This document shows, piece after piece, positions 54,854 through 64,000 of a stretch of 64,000 nt of DNA. The stretch is taken from the IMG/VR virus record IMGVR_UViG_3300032246_001438, positions 1 to 64,000 of that record, one strand, 5' to 3'. Both the position numbers and the translations under genes were made by a program. The stretch comes from a virus. Below the pieces are notes generated by a model. It saw only the letters and a list, made by a program, of their open reading frames with translations, did no database searches and was not told the DNA's origin. Positions within the stretch are counted from its first letter, which is position 1. Every line of letters starts with the position of its first letter.

Positions 54854-57639
54854 TGGCACGTTACGGTCTTGATTACTATAGCTCGCCGTCGTTTCCTTTA
54901 AGTTACTACGGTACAGATAGCCCAATTGCGTTTGACGCATCCCCGTTTAAAGCGCTGTCCTCTGGGTACAAACAGATTACTTTAAGCTGGAACAGCCCTT
55001 ACGGAGCATGGGCAAAGTTAAGACTAGTTAGAAACCCCTTTGGATACCCTGTTAACTCAACTGACGGGGAAATTATCTTTACTACTACTAGAGGTAAAGA
55101 CCCCCTTACTTATACCGATAACGTAGGTAAGAATAAAGCACGTTTCTATTACTATTCAATTTTTGTATTAGACCAGGTTCAGCTTCAATGGGTGCTTGCT
55201 GGTCAAGTGACAGGATTAGCTGTAGAAAACTTTAATACTCAAAACCTTATGTATGACTATATGCCAAGAATTTATAAACTTACTACACCGTATACGGCAA
55301 GTATTGCTGGAGATAATGAAAAATTAAGAAGTTTTTTAAATGTTTTTGGTTTTGAATTTGATTATATAAGAACTCTTATTAAATTAATTACAAATCGATA
55401 TGACTTTGAAAATGCTTCTGGAACTTTAATTCCATTAATGCTTGAACAGTTCGGTATTAACTATGAACCAGAGATTGGCTATCAACAAAATAGAGTTTTA
55501 ATTCGTGACGCTATTCAACTTCAAACTGAAAAGGGAAGCACTGCGGGTATTAGAGAATACCTGTCTGCTTTCAGTGGATGGTCTGTGGTGTCTCCCGTTG
55601 AAGGTACGCCTAATCCTAGCGTTGAAGGTCTTACAGTAAGTCACAACTTAATGCTTGATTACAACGATTCCTCATTTGAAGAAGGTATTGGTAACTGGAC
55701 ATCCCCAGATTCAAGCGCTCAGCTGCTTCAATTAAAAAAGCAAGACATACTTAAGTTCTCTATCTCTAGTAATAACGCCAACTTATTTTTAGGAGCTCAC
55801 AACTATAAAGCTGGGGATAAAATATTTATCAGCGGTTCTAAGCTTCCTATTTTTAATGAGGTTGTAACAGCTAAAACTATTACTGTAGTAGATGCAACTT
55901 CAGTTGGTTATTCTTTGACAGCAGCAGACCTTACTCAACGCTCTGCTTTTAATACAGATACTAATGCGTACGCAAAAATTACTCCAGTGCCAGCACCTTG
56001 GGCTGAGTCAACGGCGCCTCTTCTTTATCCTAATAAACAAAATGCTTTTTTAAGTGTTGCAAATGCTGGCAGTTCTACTAATGAAGTAACTTTTTCTTGT
56101 GGTATAACAGCTCCAGTAACTAAAGGAATTCCAGTTAAGACTGGTAAGAACTATACTTTTAGTATCTACTCTGCAGCAAGCTCTACCTCTAGAACCTTAA
56201 CTGCAAATATTAAATGGTATGACAGATTTGGTGTTTTAATGAAGACTACAACTGGAGACCCTGTTACAAACAGCGTTGGTACGTTTGGGGCTAGAGCAAC
56301 AGTTACAGATTTATCTCCAACTAACTTAACACTTAACAGTTTTAATAGCACAGCTGGTACAGGCTATGTTGATGGAACATATAATAACGTTCCATTGACT
56401 TATGTATCTGGTAAGCAATTTACAATTGCTCCAAGAGGCTCTTTTACAGTTTACCTGGGCGCAGTTCTTTCTTTAACAATCACAAATGGTGGAGCTGGAG
56501 CAGATACAACAACCATTCTTTCTGTTGCTAACTCTTCTTTGGGCGGTACGGGTTCTGGATTCCAAGTGACCGTTCAACGATGTCAAGAATGTTACTACGC
56601 AGTTCCAGGAGTTACTGTTTCTAACGTAGGAAACCTAGCAAGCAATGAACGCCATTACTTTGATGCTGCTCAATTTGAACAATCAGCTACCGTTACTTCT
56701 TTTGATGAAGCTAGACAACTGCACGTAACTTTAAAAGCTAATCGCATTAATGAAATTCGTAACCCTCACTTTGTTGCGCCATACACACCTTGGAGTGCAA
56801 GCGCATCTACATTAAGTGTACGAACAGATGTTGCAGAACCAAACGTAGAGCTTTACAACTCAGTAGCAAGAGTAGCTGGTTCTGGAACTGGAACTATTGA
56901 ACTTTCTGTTATCCATACTTTTAAAGCTGGAGACCAGATTTATGTCACTGGATTAGGTTCTCCATTTGACGGTCTTAAAACTTTAACTAGCGTCTCTGAC
57001 TTTACCGTTAGCTTTGCTGCTAGTGGGACCGTTGCTAGCGCAGCTTCAACTGTAGGCGTTGTATGTAAAGGTGGGGATGCTTTAGTAATAACTTCCTCTG
57101 GTACTTCACAAGTTATTTTAAAATCATTTGTAACAACCGCTGACTTAATGGATATACACTATCCAGATACCACATACACATTTAGTCTTTATGCAAAGAC
57201 TGAACAGTCATCAGATGTTGTTATCCCATCTATTGTTTGGTATAACAGTGCCAAAACTATTATCTCTACCTCAACAAGCTCAAGTACGTTTATGCTTAAC
57301 ACTAATTGGTCTAGACCAAACGTCACAGCAATTGCCCCTAGTAACGCAGCGTATGCTGCTGTACAACTAACGTGGACTCCAGCAGCCACTGGTCATAAAC
57401 TAAATGTAGACACCGCCTTGTTTGAAAACTCTCCCTTTGTTCTTGATTTTTTTGATGGAAGTTCAGGGCCAGCTGCTACAAATGAACTGTTCTGGGAAGG
57501 CTCAACGCCCAACAATGCCCGTAGCCACTACTACAAGAACAGAGTTGCTATTCAAGAAAGACTTATCGGGGGTGCCCTTAAGTACTACCTACTAGCTGGC
57601 ACTACCTACGCGGTGTACTTGGCTCAACCAAAAACATAG
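54853..57639 (+). CDS. Baseplate wedge/tail protein (P2 I-like N-terminus) with CBM-like domains
   Basis: L..FL..FG...KGS..GI; NLMLD..DSSFE; YTFSIY. Confidence 0.75.
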   Translation: MARYGLDYYSSPSFPLSYYGTDSPIAFDASPFKALSSGYKQITLSWNSPYGAWAKLRLVRNPFGYPVNSTDGEIIFTTTRGKDPLTYTDNVGKNKARFYYYSIFVLDQVQLQWVLAGQVTGLAVENFNTQNLMYDYMPRIYKLTTPYTASIAGDNEKLRSFLNVFGFEFDYIRTLIKLITNRYDFENASGTLIPLMLEQFGINYEPEIGYQQNRVLIRDAIQLQTEKGSTAGIREYLSAFSGWSVVSPVEGTPNPSVEGLTVSHNLMLDYNDSSFEEGIGNWTSPDSSAQLLQLKKQDILKFSISSNNANLFLGAHNYKAGDKIFISGSKLPIFNEVVTAKTITVVDATSVGYSLTAADLTQRSAFNTDTNAYAKITPVPAPWAESTAPLLYPNKQNAFLSVANAGSSTNEVTFSCGITAPVTKGIPVKTGKNYTFSIYSAASSTSRTLTANIKWYDRFGVLMKTTTGDPVTNSVGTFGARATVTDLSPTNLTLNSFNSTAGTGYVDGTYNNVPLTYVSGKQFTIAPRGSFTVYLGAVLSLTITNGGAGADTTTILSVANSSLGGTGSGFQVTVQRCQECYYAVPGVTVSNVGNLASNERHYFDAAQFEQSATVTSFDEARQLHVTLKANRINEIRNPHFVAPYTPWSASASTLSVRTDVAEPNVELYNSVARVAGSGTGTIELSVIHTFKAGDQIYVTGLGSPFDGLKTLTSVSDFTVSFAASGTVASAASTVGVVCKGGDALVITSSGTSQVILKSFVTTADLMDIHYPDTTYTFSLYAKTEQSSDVVIPSIVWYNSAKTIISTSTSSSTFMLNTNWSRPNVTAIAPSNAAYAAVQLTWTPAATGHKLNVDTALFENSPFVLDFFDGSSGPAATNELFWEGSTPNNARSHYYKNRVAIQERLIGGALKYYLLAGTTYAVYLAQPKT

Positions 57640-57651
57640 TAAGATATCCCC

Positions 57652-57933
57652 ATGGTTGAACTTGTACTCCTTGGATGCTTTACAGCTTTCCTACTAGCAA
57701 TCGTAGGCCCTCTTGTAGATGTACTAAGTATGTTTATTAGTGCCGTAGTATTAAATGCGGTTTCCTCAATTATCTTCTCCGCTATTGGTACTTGGTTAGT
57801 TGAAGCTTCAACTACTAAGGGGTTTATTCTCCATACCGTAGCTGGGGCTTTCCTTGGTTCGGCATTCTTAGCCTTAGCTGAAAGGGCTGCTACCTATAAA
57901 CCAGCAGTAATCAACAGCGCTAGACCAGAGTAA
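57652..57933 (+). CDS. Multi-TM membrane protein
   Basis: Three hydrophobic segments; leaderless TAAGAT-N6-ATG. Confidence 0.75.
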   Translation: MVELVLLGCFTAFLLAIVGPLVDVLSMFISAVVLNAVSSIIFSAIGTWLVEASTTKGFILHTVAGAFLGSAFLALAERAATYKPAVINSARPE

Positions 57934-57973
57934 AAAATTGTGTAGTATAGGGCTCCCCTACAAGGAGGTCCCT

Positions 57974-58654
57974 ATGGACAAATACTATGTGTTAGTCGCT
58001 GGTAACGGCGAGACAAGCAGAGCCAACCTAGAGGCTCTTATGGAAGACCATTACTACGCTAATGGTTCTGATGGAACATTAGTTCTTTCATTTGATATAA
58101 AACCAAGTAAGACACAAGAGTTTGCAGCTCAGTTTGCTAAAGAAAAAAACAAGAACATCATTATGTTTTCTTCACAGGCTGCCGACTTTTCAGCGTTTCC
58201 AAATGCAAGCTTTCAACTATCTTCAAACCCCTTACATGATGCTGTAAAGATGATGTCGGGGGAAAAATCCTCTGCGTTTATTCTTTGGGACGATGAAGAC
58301 CAAGCATCAGCAAACGCTTTAGCTATCTGTAAAGAATCGGACATCCCGTGCTTTGACCTATCTGATGGGTTAACCCCTTTAACAGCTTCTAAAGGGCTAA
58401 AAGAAGTTAAGGAACCTACGTTCCCTGAAAAGGAAATCGTATCTAAAGAAGAAGAAGAGGATGAAGAAGAGGATGGCACGGAGGAAGAAGAAAGCGAAGA
58501 AGACGAAGATTTCGAAGATGAAGAAACAGACGATGCAGAAGAAGAGGCTTTGGATAATCTCTATTTCGGAGTCCAAGAAATAGCCCGTATCTTTGCTGCC
58601 GCTTTTGTTGAGGAAATTGAGGCTCGTAAGAAGGGCAAGGAAGAGCCTAAGTGA
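57974..58654 (+). CDS. Hypothetical protein with long acidic tract
   Basis: AAGGAGG RBS before ATG 57974; D/E-rich C-terminal region. Confidence 0.75.
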   Translation: MDKYYVLVAGNGETSRANLEALMEDHYYANGSDGTLVLSFDIKPSKTQEFAAQFAKEKNKNIIMFSSQAADFSAFPNASFQLSSNPLHDAVKMMSGEKSSAFILWDDEDQASANALAICKESDIPCFDLSDGLTPLTASKGLKEVKEPTFPEKEIVSKEEEEDEEEDGTEEEESEEDEDFEDEETDDAEEEALDNLYFGVQEIARIFAAAFVEEIEARKKGKEEPK

Positions 58655-59538
58655 TGTCTGCCAGAGCGTTAGGTGTGTTGCTACACCTGTCCACCCAAGG
58701 GTCTTCAGGAGGCGCCAAAGGCCTCTCAGAGGGCTTCAAAGAGGGACGTGAAGCATTCCAGTCCACCCTGACCGAACTTACCGCCCTGGGCTTTATAGAG
58801 ACAAAAACATACCGTCAAACCAACGGCACCTTTTGTCGACAAATTGTCGTTACCGATGCGGGTTTTCAGGAGCTGGTTAACCGAGTACGGGTTTCCAGTA
58901 CATCTATACCGCTGTCACCGCTGTATAGCCTATTAGCAGATTATTCTAATAGCCTAAATACAAATACAGTAAGAGCTACAAAATCCACGGACGAAGTCCG
59001 TGAAGAAGAATTTTCGAAAGTCGATATAGGAATAGGAGCCCACATGACATGGTTCGGAACGCCAATGGACCCCGACGACGTTGCCGATTTAAAAGCGAAG
59101 GACAAGGCGCGTAAACAAAAAGAGTACGAGGAGGCCAAGGCCGAGAAGGCTCAGAAGGCTTTTGTACACAGAGACAAGAAAGACCCTGCCAACTGGACTG
59201 TTAGCGATAGCGCGTCATACTTTGCCAGCCTTGTACCTGACCAGTGGAACATGCCACCATGGCGTATCCACCAGAGTCGTTTTATTATGGCGTTGAGTAC
59301 CTTTAGAAAGAATAACGATTCAGATGGGACTTTAGAGAAAGTTCTTATGGAACGTTTCTTTAGTAGTCTTACTCATGAACAGTCTTTAGATGACCCCGAA
59401 AAGCTGTGGAAACAATTTATCGTCCGCGCTCCTGGAATGTTTGCAGATGCTAAACGTGCAATGATTACAGATGATGATATGGTTACCGCCAAGATTAAAT
59501 ACAAGAGCTCAATGGAGAAGTTCAATGTTCAAGACTGA
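58651..59538 (+). CDS. Replication initiator (N-terminal winged HTH)
   Basis: S.RALGVL...EGREA....L.EL...GFI; upstream of the loader ATPase. Confidence 0.75.
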   Translation: MMSARALGVLLHLSTQGSSGGAKGLSEGFKEGREAFQSTLTELTALGFIETKTYRQTNGTFCRQIVVTDAGFQELVNRVRVSSTSIPLSPLYSLLADYSNSLNTNTVRATKSTDEVREEEFSKVDIGIGAHMTWFGTPMDPDDVADLKAKDKARKQKEYEEAKAEKAQKAFVHRDKKDPANWTVSDSASYFASLVPDQWNMPPWRIHQSRFIMALSTFRKNNDSDGTLEKVLMERFFSSLTHEQSLDDPEKLWKQFIVRAPGMFADAKRAMITDDDMVTAKIKYKSSMEKFNVQD

Positions 59539-60214
59539 TGAATTAAAACTTGGTAGGGCTGCTTGGATTAAGGTTGCTGGCATTCCTTCATCTTTAATTG
59601 GTTGGACCTTAGATGATTGCACAGCCACTGACCCGCAAGACATTCAAACAATCCGTACTTGGATTAACGCTGTTGGTAAAAATAAAATTATTAAAGCTGA
59701 TGGTGTTCGAAGCAGTGGTCAGGGGTTACTCCTATATGGAAAGCCAGGCCACGGTAAGACAACCCTTGCCATCTCTATCATTCAAGAGATGATTACTACC
59801 CTTCCTATTGACTCATTCGCGCCATCAAAAAACATGCCTTTAGTAAGGCCTTGTTACTTTTCCACATTTAATCAGGTCCTAGACCTTAAAAGTTCTATGA
59901 TGGATGGGGCGACAGACGCAGAGGAGACCCTTTATTATGGGATGTTAGGTGAGTGTGAAAACGATGCCTATAACATACGAGTACTAGTTATAGATGATTT
60001 AGGCAAAGAACACGCAGGCCTTACTGGGTGGCAGAAGAACATGTTTCATCATGTTCTTCGCACCCGAGTAAATAATGGACTACCGACCATTGTTACCACT
60101 AACATTCCTCTTGAAGGATGGGCAGCGTTATACGGAGATTCGACAGCAAGCTATGCAGTCGAAGCGTTTGGTTACATGCCAATTATTTCAACAGAGGGAG
60201 ATATGCGTAAATGA
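59525..60214 (+). CDS. DnaC/IstB-like helicase loader ATPase
   Basis: GKPGHGKT; LVIDDLGKE; PTIVTTN. Confidence 0.88.
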   Translation: MFKTDELKLGRAAWIKVAGIPSSLIGWTLDDCTATDPQDIQTIRTWINAVGKNKIIKADGVRSSGQGLLLYGKPGHGKTTLAISIIQEMITTLPIDSFAPSKNMPLVRPCYFSTFNQVLDLKSSMMDGATDAEETLYYGMLGECENDAYNIRVLVIDDLGKEHAGLTGWQKNMFHHVLRTRVNNGLPTIVTTNIPLEGWAALYGDSTASYAVEAFGYMPIISTEGDMRK

Positions 60215-60528
60215 AAGAGAACATAGTGTCAAGTGACTCTCGTTTAGTTCAGGTGTTTCTTAGCCAACAGCAAACCCCTGGGCCAGGTATCTACGAGGTA
60301 TCTGTTGAAAAAGATAGTGATTCACTAAGTTGCACCTGTCCAGGATTTAGAGGACGAGCAACCTGTAAGCATGTTCGTTTTGTTAAAGCACGAATTGATA
60401 ACAACAAAGGTAACTATCCATTAGAGATATCTAGTCGGGCAACTAAAGACGACGCCGAAAAAGCTCGACAATCAAACATTGATTTTCGAGAGTTTGTTAT
60501 TAAGTTCGGTAAGATAGAAGTTTTTTAA
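60211..60528 (+). CDS. SWIM zinc-finger protein
   Basis: YEV...SCTCPGF....TCKH. Confidence 0.85.
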   Translation: MKENIVSSDSRLVQVFLSQQQTPGPGIYEVSVEKDSDSLSCTCPGFRGRATCKHVRFVKARIDNNKGNYPLEISSRATKDDAEKARQSNIDFREFVIKFGKIEVF

Positions 60529-60531
60529 CCC

Positions 60532-60939
60532 GTGAAAAACGGGGATATTAGTAATGAGCTTCCAAAACGCTACCTCATTACTACGGATATATTTTTAGAA
60601 ATAAATATAACTGTAAAGAAAATCGCTAAACTTTTTCCAGTACCAAAAGTCGACAAAAAGTTTAGAAGAGATGTCTTAAGCTTTCTATATTTGTTTACTA
60701 CTAAAGCTGGCGTGACATTAGAGGTTGTCTCATTTGATTTATCAGATGATGAGCTATCTAAGGTTATGGATACACTTGACAACATGGGTACTAATCCGTT
60801 TAGATACTTTTCATCATACGAGTCGGTCAATCATTTGGTTTCAGAACTTCCCTACAGGCCCGAGGTTCTTGGAGTTGTTGATGTAGACTCTAGGCTACTT
60901 CGATACGGGCACTGGGGGAAGGACTTCAAAGGTTTATGA
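60532..60939 (+). CDS. Hypothetical protein (possible degenerate HAD-like fold)
   Basis: 135-aa ORF in the replication operon. Confidence 0.65.
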   Translation: MKNGDISNELPKRYLITTDIFLEINITVKKIAKLFPVPKVDKKFRRDVLSFLYLFTTKAGVTLEVVSFDLSDDELSKVMDTLDNMGTNPFRYFSSYESVNHLVSELPYRPEVLGVVDVDSRLLRYGHWGKDFKGL

Positions 60940-62168
60940 ACAACGAAAGTAAATTATTAAGTAAAGTCTTACATGACCGCGATGTTGCTCCCCTATTTGA
61001 TAGAGGCGTACAAGACACTTGGTTTGTAGACCCTACTAACAAACGTATCTGGGAGTTTACTCGCCAGCATTTTTTTAATTATGCAGAGGTACCGAGCCTT
61101 GATGTCATAAAAGAAAACTTCCCCAACTATGTACCAGCAGCTGTATCAGACTCTGTTGAGTACTTAATTGATGCAGTTGTTGCTACTCGTAGAAAAGCCA
61201 ACACTATTGGGATGGTGCAAAGCGCTATCAGTGCTTTGGAAAAAGAACAAAACCATGAGCAAGCTATTCTTAATATTCAAAGCGGTTTAATAAAGTTAGA
61301 AGAAGACGGCCTAAGTAAGACTAACGATTTAGATTTAACATCAGAAGCTACCAAGCGTTTTGATGAGTATGAGTGGCGCAAGAACAACCCAGGGTTACTT
61401 GGAGTTCCGACTGGTTTTCCAACTATTGACATAGCAACTGGTGGTTTACAGAACGGTCAGTTGATTGTTATTGTTGCTCCACCTAAAACTGGTAAGTCAA
61501 CCCTTGCTTTGCAGATTGCACAGAACGTTCACATGACTGATAAGAAAGTAATGTTTCAGTCATTTGAGATGAGCAACCATGAACAGCTCACTCGTTACGA
61601 TGCTCAAAAAGCTCGCGTATCACATAACCGATTGATTAATGGAAAGCTTACCCCCGAAGAAGAGACTCGATACAAGAGAGTGCTTCAAGGAATTGAAGGC
61701 ATGCGTGAAAGATTCTGGTTAGTAGATTCGGCTGCTGGTTCAACCGTCACTGGCATTACAAGTAAGATTCAAGTACTGCATCCTGATGTTGTTTTTATTG
61801 ATGGTACTTATCTCATGATTGATGAGCAGTCAGGCGAGGCTAACACTCCACAGGCCATTACTAACATCACTCGTTCTTTAAAACGTATGGCACAGAAATT
61901 TAAAGTTCCTGTCGTTATCTCTACTCAGGCTTTAAATTGGAAAATGAAAAAGGGGCAGTTAACCGCTGACTCTATTGGTTACTCATCTTCTTTCCATCAA
62001 GACGCTGATGTTATCTTTGGTCTTCAAAGAATTGATGATGCTATTGACGACATGCGTATGCTAAAGATTCTTGATTCCCGTAACTCAGGGCGTTCAGAGG
62101 TTGCCCTTAACTGGGATTGGAACACTGGACAGTTCCGTGAGATGGAAGGCGATGACTGGCAGGTATGA
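60936..62168 (+). CDS. dnaB: DnaB-like replicative helicase
   Basis: GVPTGF..ID..TGG; APPKTGKS; SFEM; FIDG; QDAD. Confidence 0.93.
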   Translation: MNNESKLLSKVLHDRDVAPLFDRGVQDTWFVDPTNKRIWEFTRQHFFNYAEVPSLDVIKENFPNYVPAAVSDSVEYLIDAVVATRRKANTIGMVQSAISALEKEQNHEQAILNIQSGLIKLEEDGLSKTNDLDLTSEATKRFDEYEWRKNNPGLLGVPTGFPTIDIATGGLQNGQLIVIVAPPKTGKSTLALQIAQNVHMTDKKVMFQSFEMSNHEQLTRYDAQKARVSHNRLINGKLTPEEETRYKRVLQGIEGMRERFWLVDSAAGSTVTGITSKIQVLHPDVVFIDGTYLMIDEQSGEANTPQAITNITRSLKRMAQKFKVPVVISTQALNWKMKKGQLTADSIGYSSSFHQDADVIFGLQRIDDAIDDMRMLKILDSRNSGRSEVALNWDWNTGQFREMEGDDWQV

Positions 62169-63094
62169 CAGTAGATGAGATGCAGGATACGTTATACAGA
62201 TTAGGTGTTGAGGTTGTATCTGTTCGTGGGTATGAGATTCAATGTTATTGCCCTGTTCACAAGTTAATAAAGGGAGTCGAAGATAGAAATCCGTCTTTCT
62301 GGATTAATGCTGACACTGGTGCAAACCTTTGTTTTTCATGTGGTCACAAAGGCGCCTTAACAACTTTAGTCTCTATGATTCAAGGCTCTGACTATGAAGC
62401 TGCAAAAGCTTTTATTACATCAGGTGACGTTAACTTAACTAATTCATTACAGAGAGCTTTAAAACCTAAAGAGATATTTGAACAACCTACCTTTATTACA
62501 GAGTCAATGCTTTCTGCATTTGTTAAACCCCCACTTGACGCCCTTCAATCTCGTGGTCTTACCGCCTCCGCTGCAATCAAGCATGACCTTTTGTGGGATG
62601 AAAGACATTCTAATTGGATAACTGTTATTAGAGAACCGTCAACAGGTAAGCTGTTGGGATGGCAAGAGAAAGGGCATCGAGCACGGTACTTTAAAAATCA
62701 ACCTGTCGGTGTTCAAAAAAGTACAACTCTTTTTGGATACAACCAATACAAAGGGGGAACAATGATTGTTGTTGAGTCCCCATTGGATGTTGTGAGATTA
62801 GAGTCTGTAGGCATCACAGGAGGCGTAGCAACCTATGGTTCCGCCGTGTCGATGGTTCAGTTTAATTTAATACGCGGGGCTGAAAAAGTAGTCTTTGCAA
62901 TGGACAATGATGACTCAGGTAAGGGCTCCTCTTTAAGTTTATTAGCATTAGCTACTGAGATGGGGTTAGAGTGTTGGTTCTTTAACTATGCAGACACTGG
63001 TATGAAAGATGTTGGCGGTATGAGCAAAGCTGAGATAGAGTGGGGTTTAGATAACGCTAAGCATTGCGTTCACGGAGCAAAGGCTATCGCATGA
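62165..63094 (+). CDS. DNA primase (CHC2 zinc finger plus Toprim)
   Basis: CPVH...PSF...CFSCG; VVESPLD; DNDDSG; KDV. Confidence 0.92.
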   Translation: MTVDEMQDTLYRLGVEVVSVRGYEIQCYCPVHKLIKGVEDRNPSFWINADTGANLCFSCGHKGALTTLVSMIQGSDYEAAKAFITSGDVNLTNSLQRALKPKEIFEQPTFITESMLSAFVKPPLDALQSRGLTASAAIKHDLLWDERHSNWITVIREPSTGKLLGWQEKGHRARYFKNQPVGVQKSTTLFGYNQYKGGTMIVVESPLDVVRLESVGITGGVATYGSAVSMVQFNLIRGAEKVVFAMDNDDSGKGSSLSLLALATEMGLECWFFNYADTGMKDVGGMSKAEIEWGLDNAKHCVHGAKAIA

Positions 63095-63630
63095 TTATTG
63101 GACTAACTGGATACGCACAGTCGGGTAAAGATACTGTAGCTAATATCCTTGTAGAGAATTACGGTTACCAACGAGTCGCTTTTGCTGACCCCATACGTGA
63201 CCTGTTATATGAAACTAATCCGATGCTCAAAGAAGGTTATAGAGTTCAAGGGTTGGTAGATGTATACGGGTGGGACAGAGTTAAGGTTGACTACCCCGAG
63301 GCTCGTGACCTTCTTCAAAGGCTCGGAGTTGGTGCCCGTAAAACTTTTGGTGACATGTTTTGGGTAAAGCATGCGTTAAGTGGTCTTCAGTTATTTGGAG
63401 AGGTTAACTATGTTATTACTGATGTTAGGTATCCAAATGAAGCTAAGGCTATTAGAGATTACGACAACGCACAGATTTGGCGTATAAAACGTTCAGGCGT
63501 TTTAGCGGTAAATGCTCACAACTCAGAGTCCGCGATGGACGGGGAAAAAGTTGACCAAATATTTATGAACAACGGTACCCTTGATGACCTTAAAGTTCTT
63601 ATACAAACTAGGATGCGAGCTTATATCTAA
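63091..63630 (+). CDS. Deoxynucleoside monophosphate kinase
   Basis: IIGLTGYAQSGKDT; FADP; R.LLQ.LG; ITDVRYPNE. Confidence 0.92.
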   Translation: MIIGLTGYAQSGKDTVANILVENYGYQRVAFADPIRDLLYETNPMLKEGYRVQGLVDVYGWDRVKVDYPEARDLLQRLGVGARKTFGDMFWVKHALSGLQLFGEVNYVITDVRYPNEAKAIRDYDNAQIWRIKRSGVLAVNAHNSESAMDGEKVDQIFMNNGTLDDLKVLIQTRMRAYI

Positions 63631-63863
63631 TGCAATATTGGTCTTGGATACTAGCCGTTATAGGTGTGTCAGGTATTTACTTTGTAGGTCGTAAGACTAT
63701 ATGGGGTTGGCTAGTCCTTCTGTTTAACGAGTGCCTATGGATTACATATGCCCTTATGACTGACCAGTACGGGTTTATATTCTCCGCTCTTGCCTACGCT
63801 CTTGTTTATATTAGGTCTTACATCCACTGGTCTAAAGACAGAGTTAACGAGATTCCTCTGTGA
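63630..63863 (+). CDS. Short PnuC-like membrane protein
   Basis: Three TM segments, RK..WGW, LW..YA. Confidence 0.65.
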   Translation: MQYWSWILAVIGVSGIYFVGRKTIWGWLVLLFNECLWITYALMTDQYGFIFSALAYALVYIRSYIHWSKDRVNEIPL

Positions 63864-64000
63864 CATTTACTGGCACCCTACTTCCTTATCAGCCTGAGGC
63901 TGTAGACCGTATGTGTGAGCAAGGCAAGATGTTGGTTGCCTATGACTTGGGGTTAGGTAAAACAGTTCTTACTATTGCTGCCATAGAACGTTTGATGGAT
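63860..64000 (+). CDS. SNF2-type helicase, N-terminus only (truncated by the window end)
   Basis: LLPYQ...LVAYDLGLGKT. Confidence 0.8.
   Translation, partial: MTFTGTLLPYQPEAVDRMCEQGKMLVAYDLGLGKTVLTIAAIERLMD

Noticed and set aside
21089-62168. Inteins or introns in terminase, portal, capsid or DnaB
   Set aside because: Protein lengths are normal, motifs are contiguous and no intein splice-junction motifs were seen.
1-64000. tRNA genes, stop-codon recoding, integrase
   Set aside because: No cloverleaf or T-loop signature was seen in intergenic gaps, core genes are intact in the standard code with all three stops used, and no recombinase ORF was recognised. A tRNAscan-SE run would confirm.

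Overview
This window is 64 kb of a tailed dsDNA phage genome with a contractile tail (myovirus). The host is most likely an actinobacterium: the phage encodes WhiB, an Rpf/SLT-type transglycosylase and actinophage-type holins, and many genes look leaderless. The low GC and gene style suggest a freshwater Actinobacteria phage (inference). Layout: (i) 1-2.9 kb, minus-strand small early genes in repeated terminator / ~70-nt perfect hairpin / GACAC-box promoter cassettes; (ii) 2.8-3.6 kb, a strand switch with a C11 tract and an HNH gene bracketed by 17-bp direct repeats; (iii) 3.6-21 kb, many small basic translationally coupled ORFs, a PA14 surface protein with a lysis cassette, a fibre plus 2OG-oxygenase cassette, an antisense transglycosylase-whiB operon and a second holin pair; (iv) 21-57.6 kb, terminase, portal, scaffold, capsid, collagen-like and Gly-rich fibres, glycosyltransferase, sheath, tube, tape measure and baseplate; (v) 57.6-64 kb, replication genes (initiator, DnaC-like loader, DnaB, primase, dNMP kinase, start of an SNF2 helicase). 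The strongest leads are the covarying hairpin cassette array in the early region, an apparent +1 frameshift at UUU-CGU in the tail/baseplate chaperone, shared N-terminal motifs on unrelated small proteins, MCxxCGC Lys-rich peptides, a candidate sRNA upstream of terL, a non-AUG start for the PA14 protein, and a probable virion glycosylation/hydroxylation system. All annotations come from motif recognition by eye; no searches were run.
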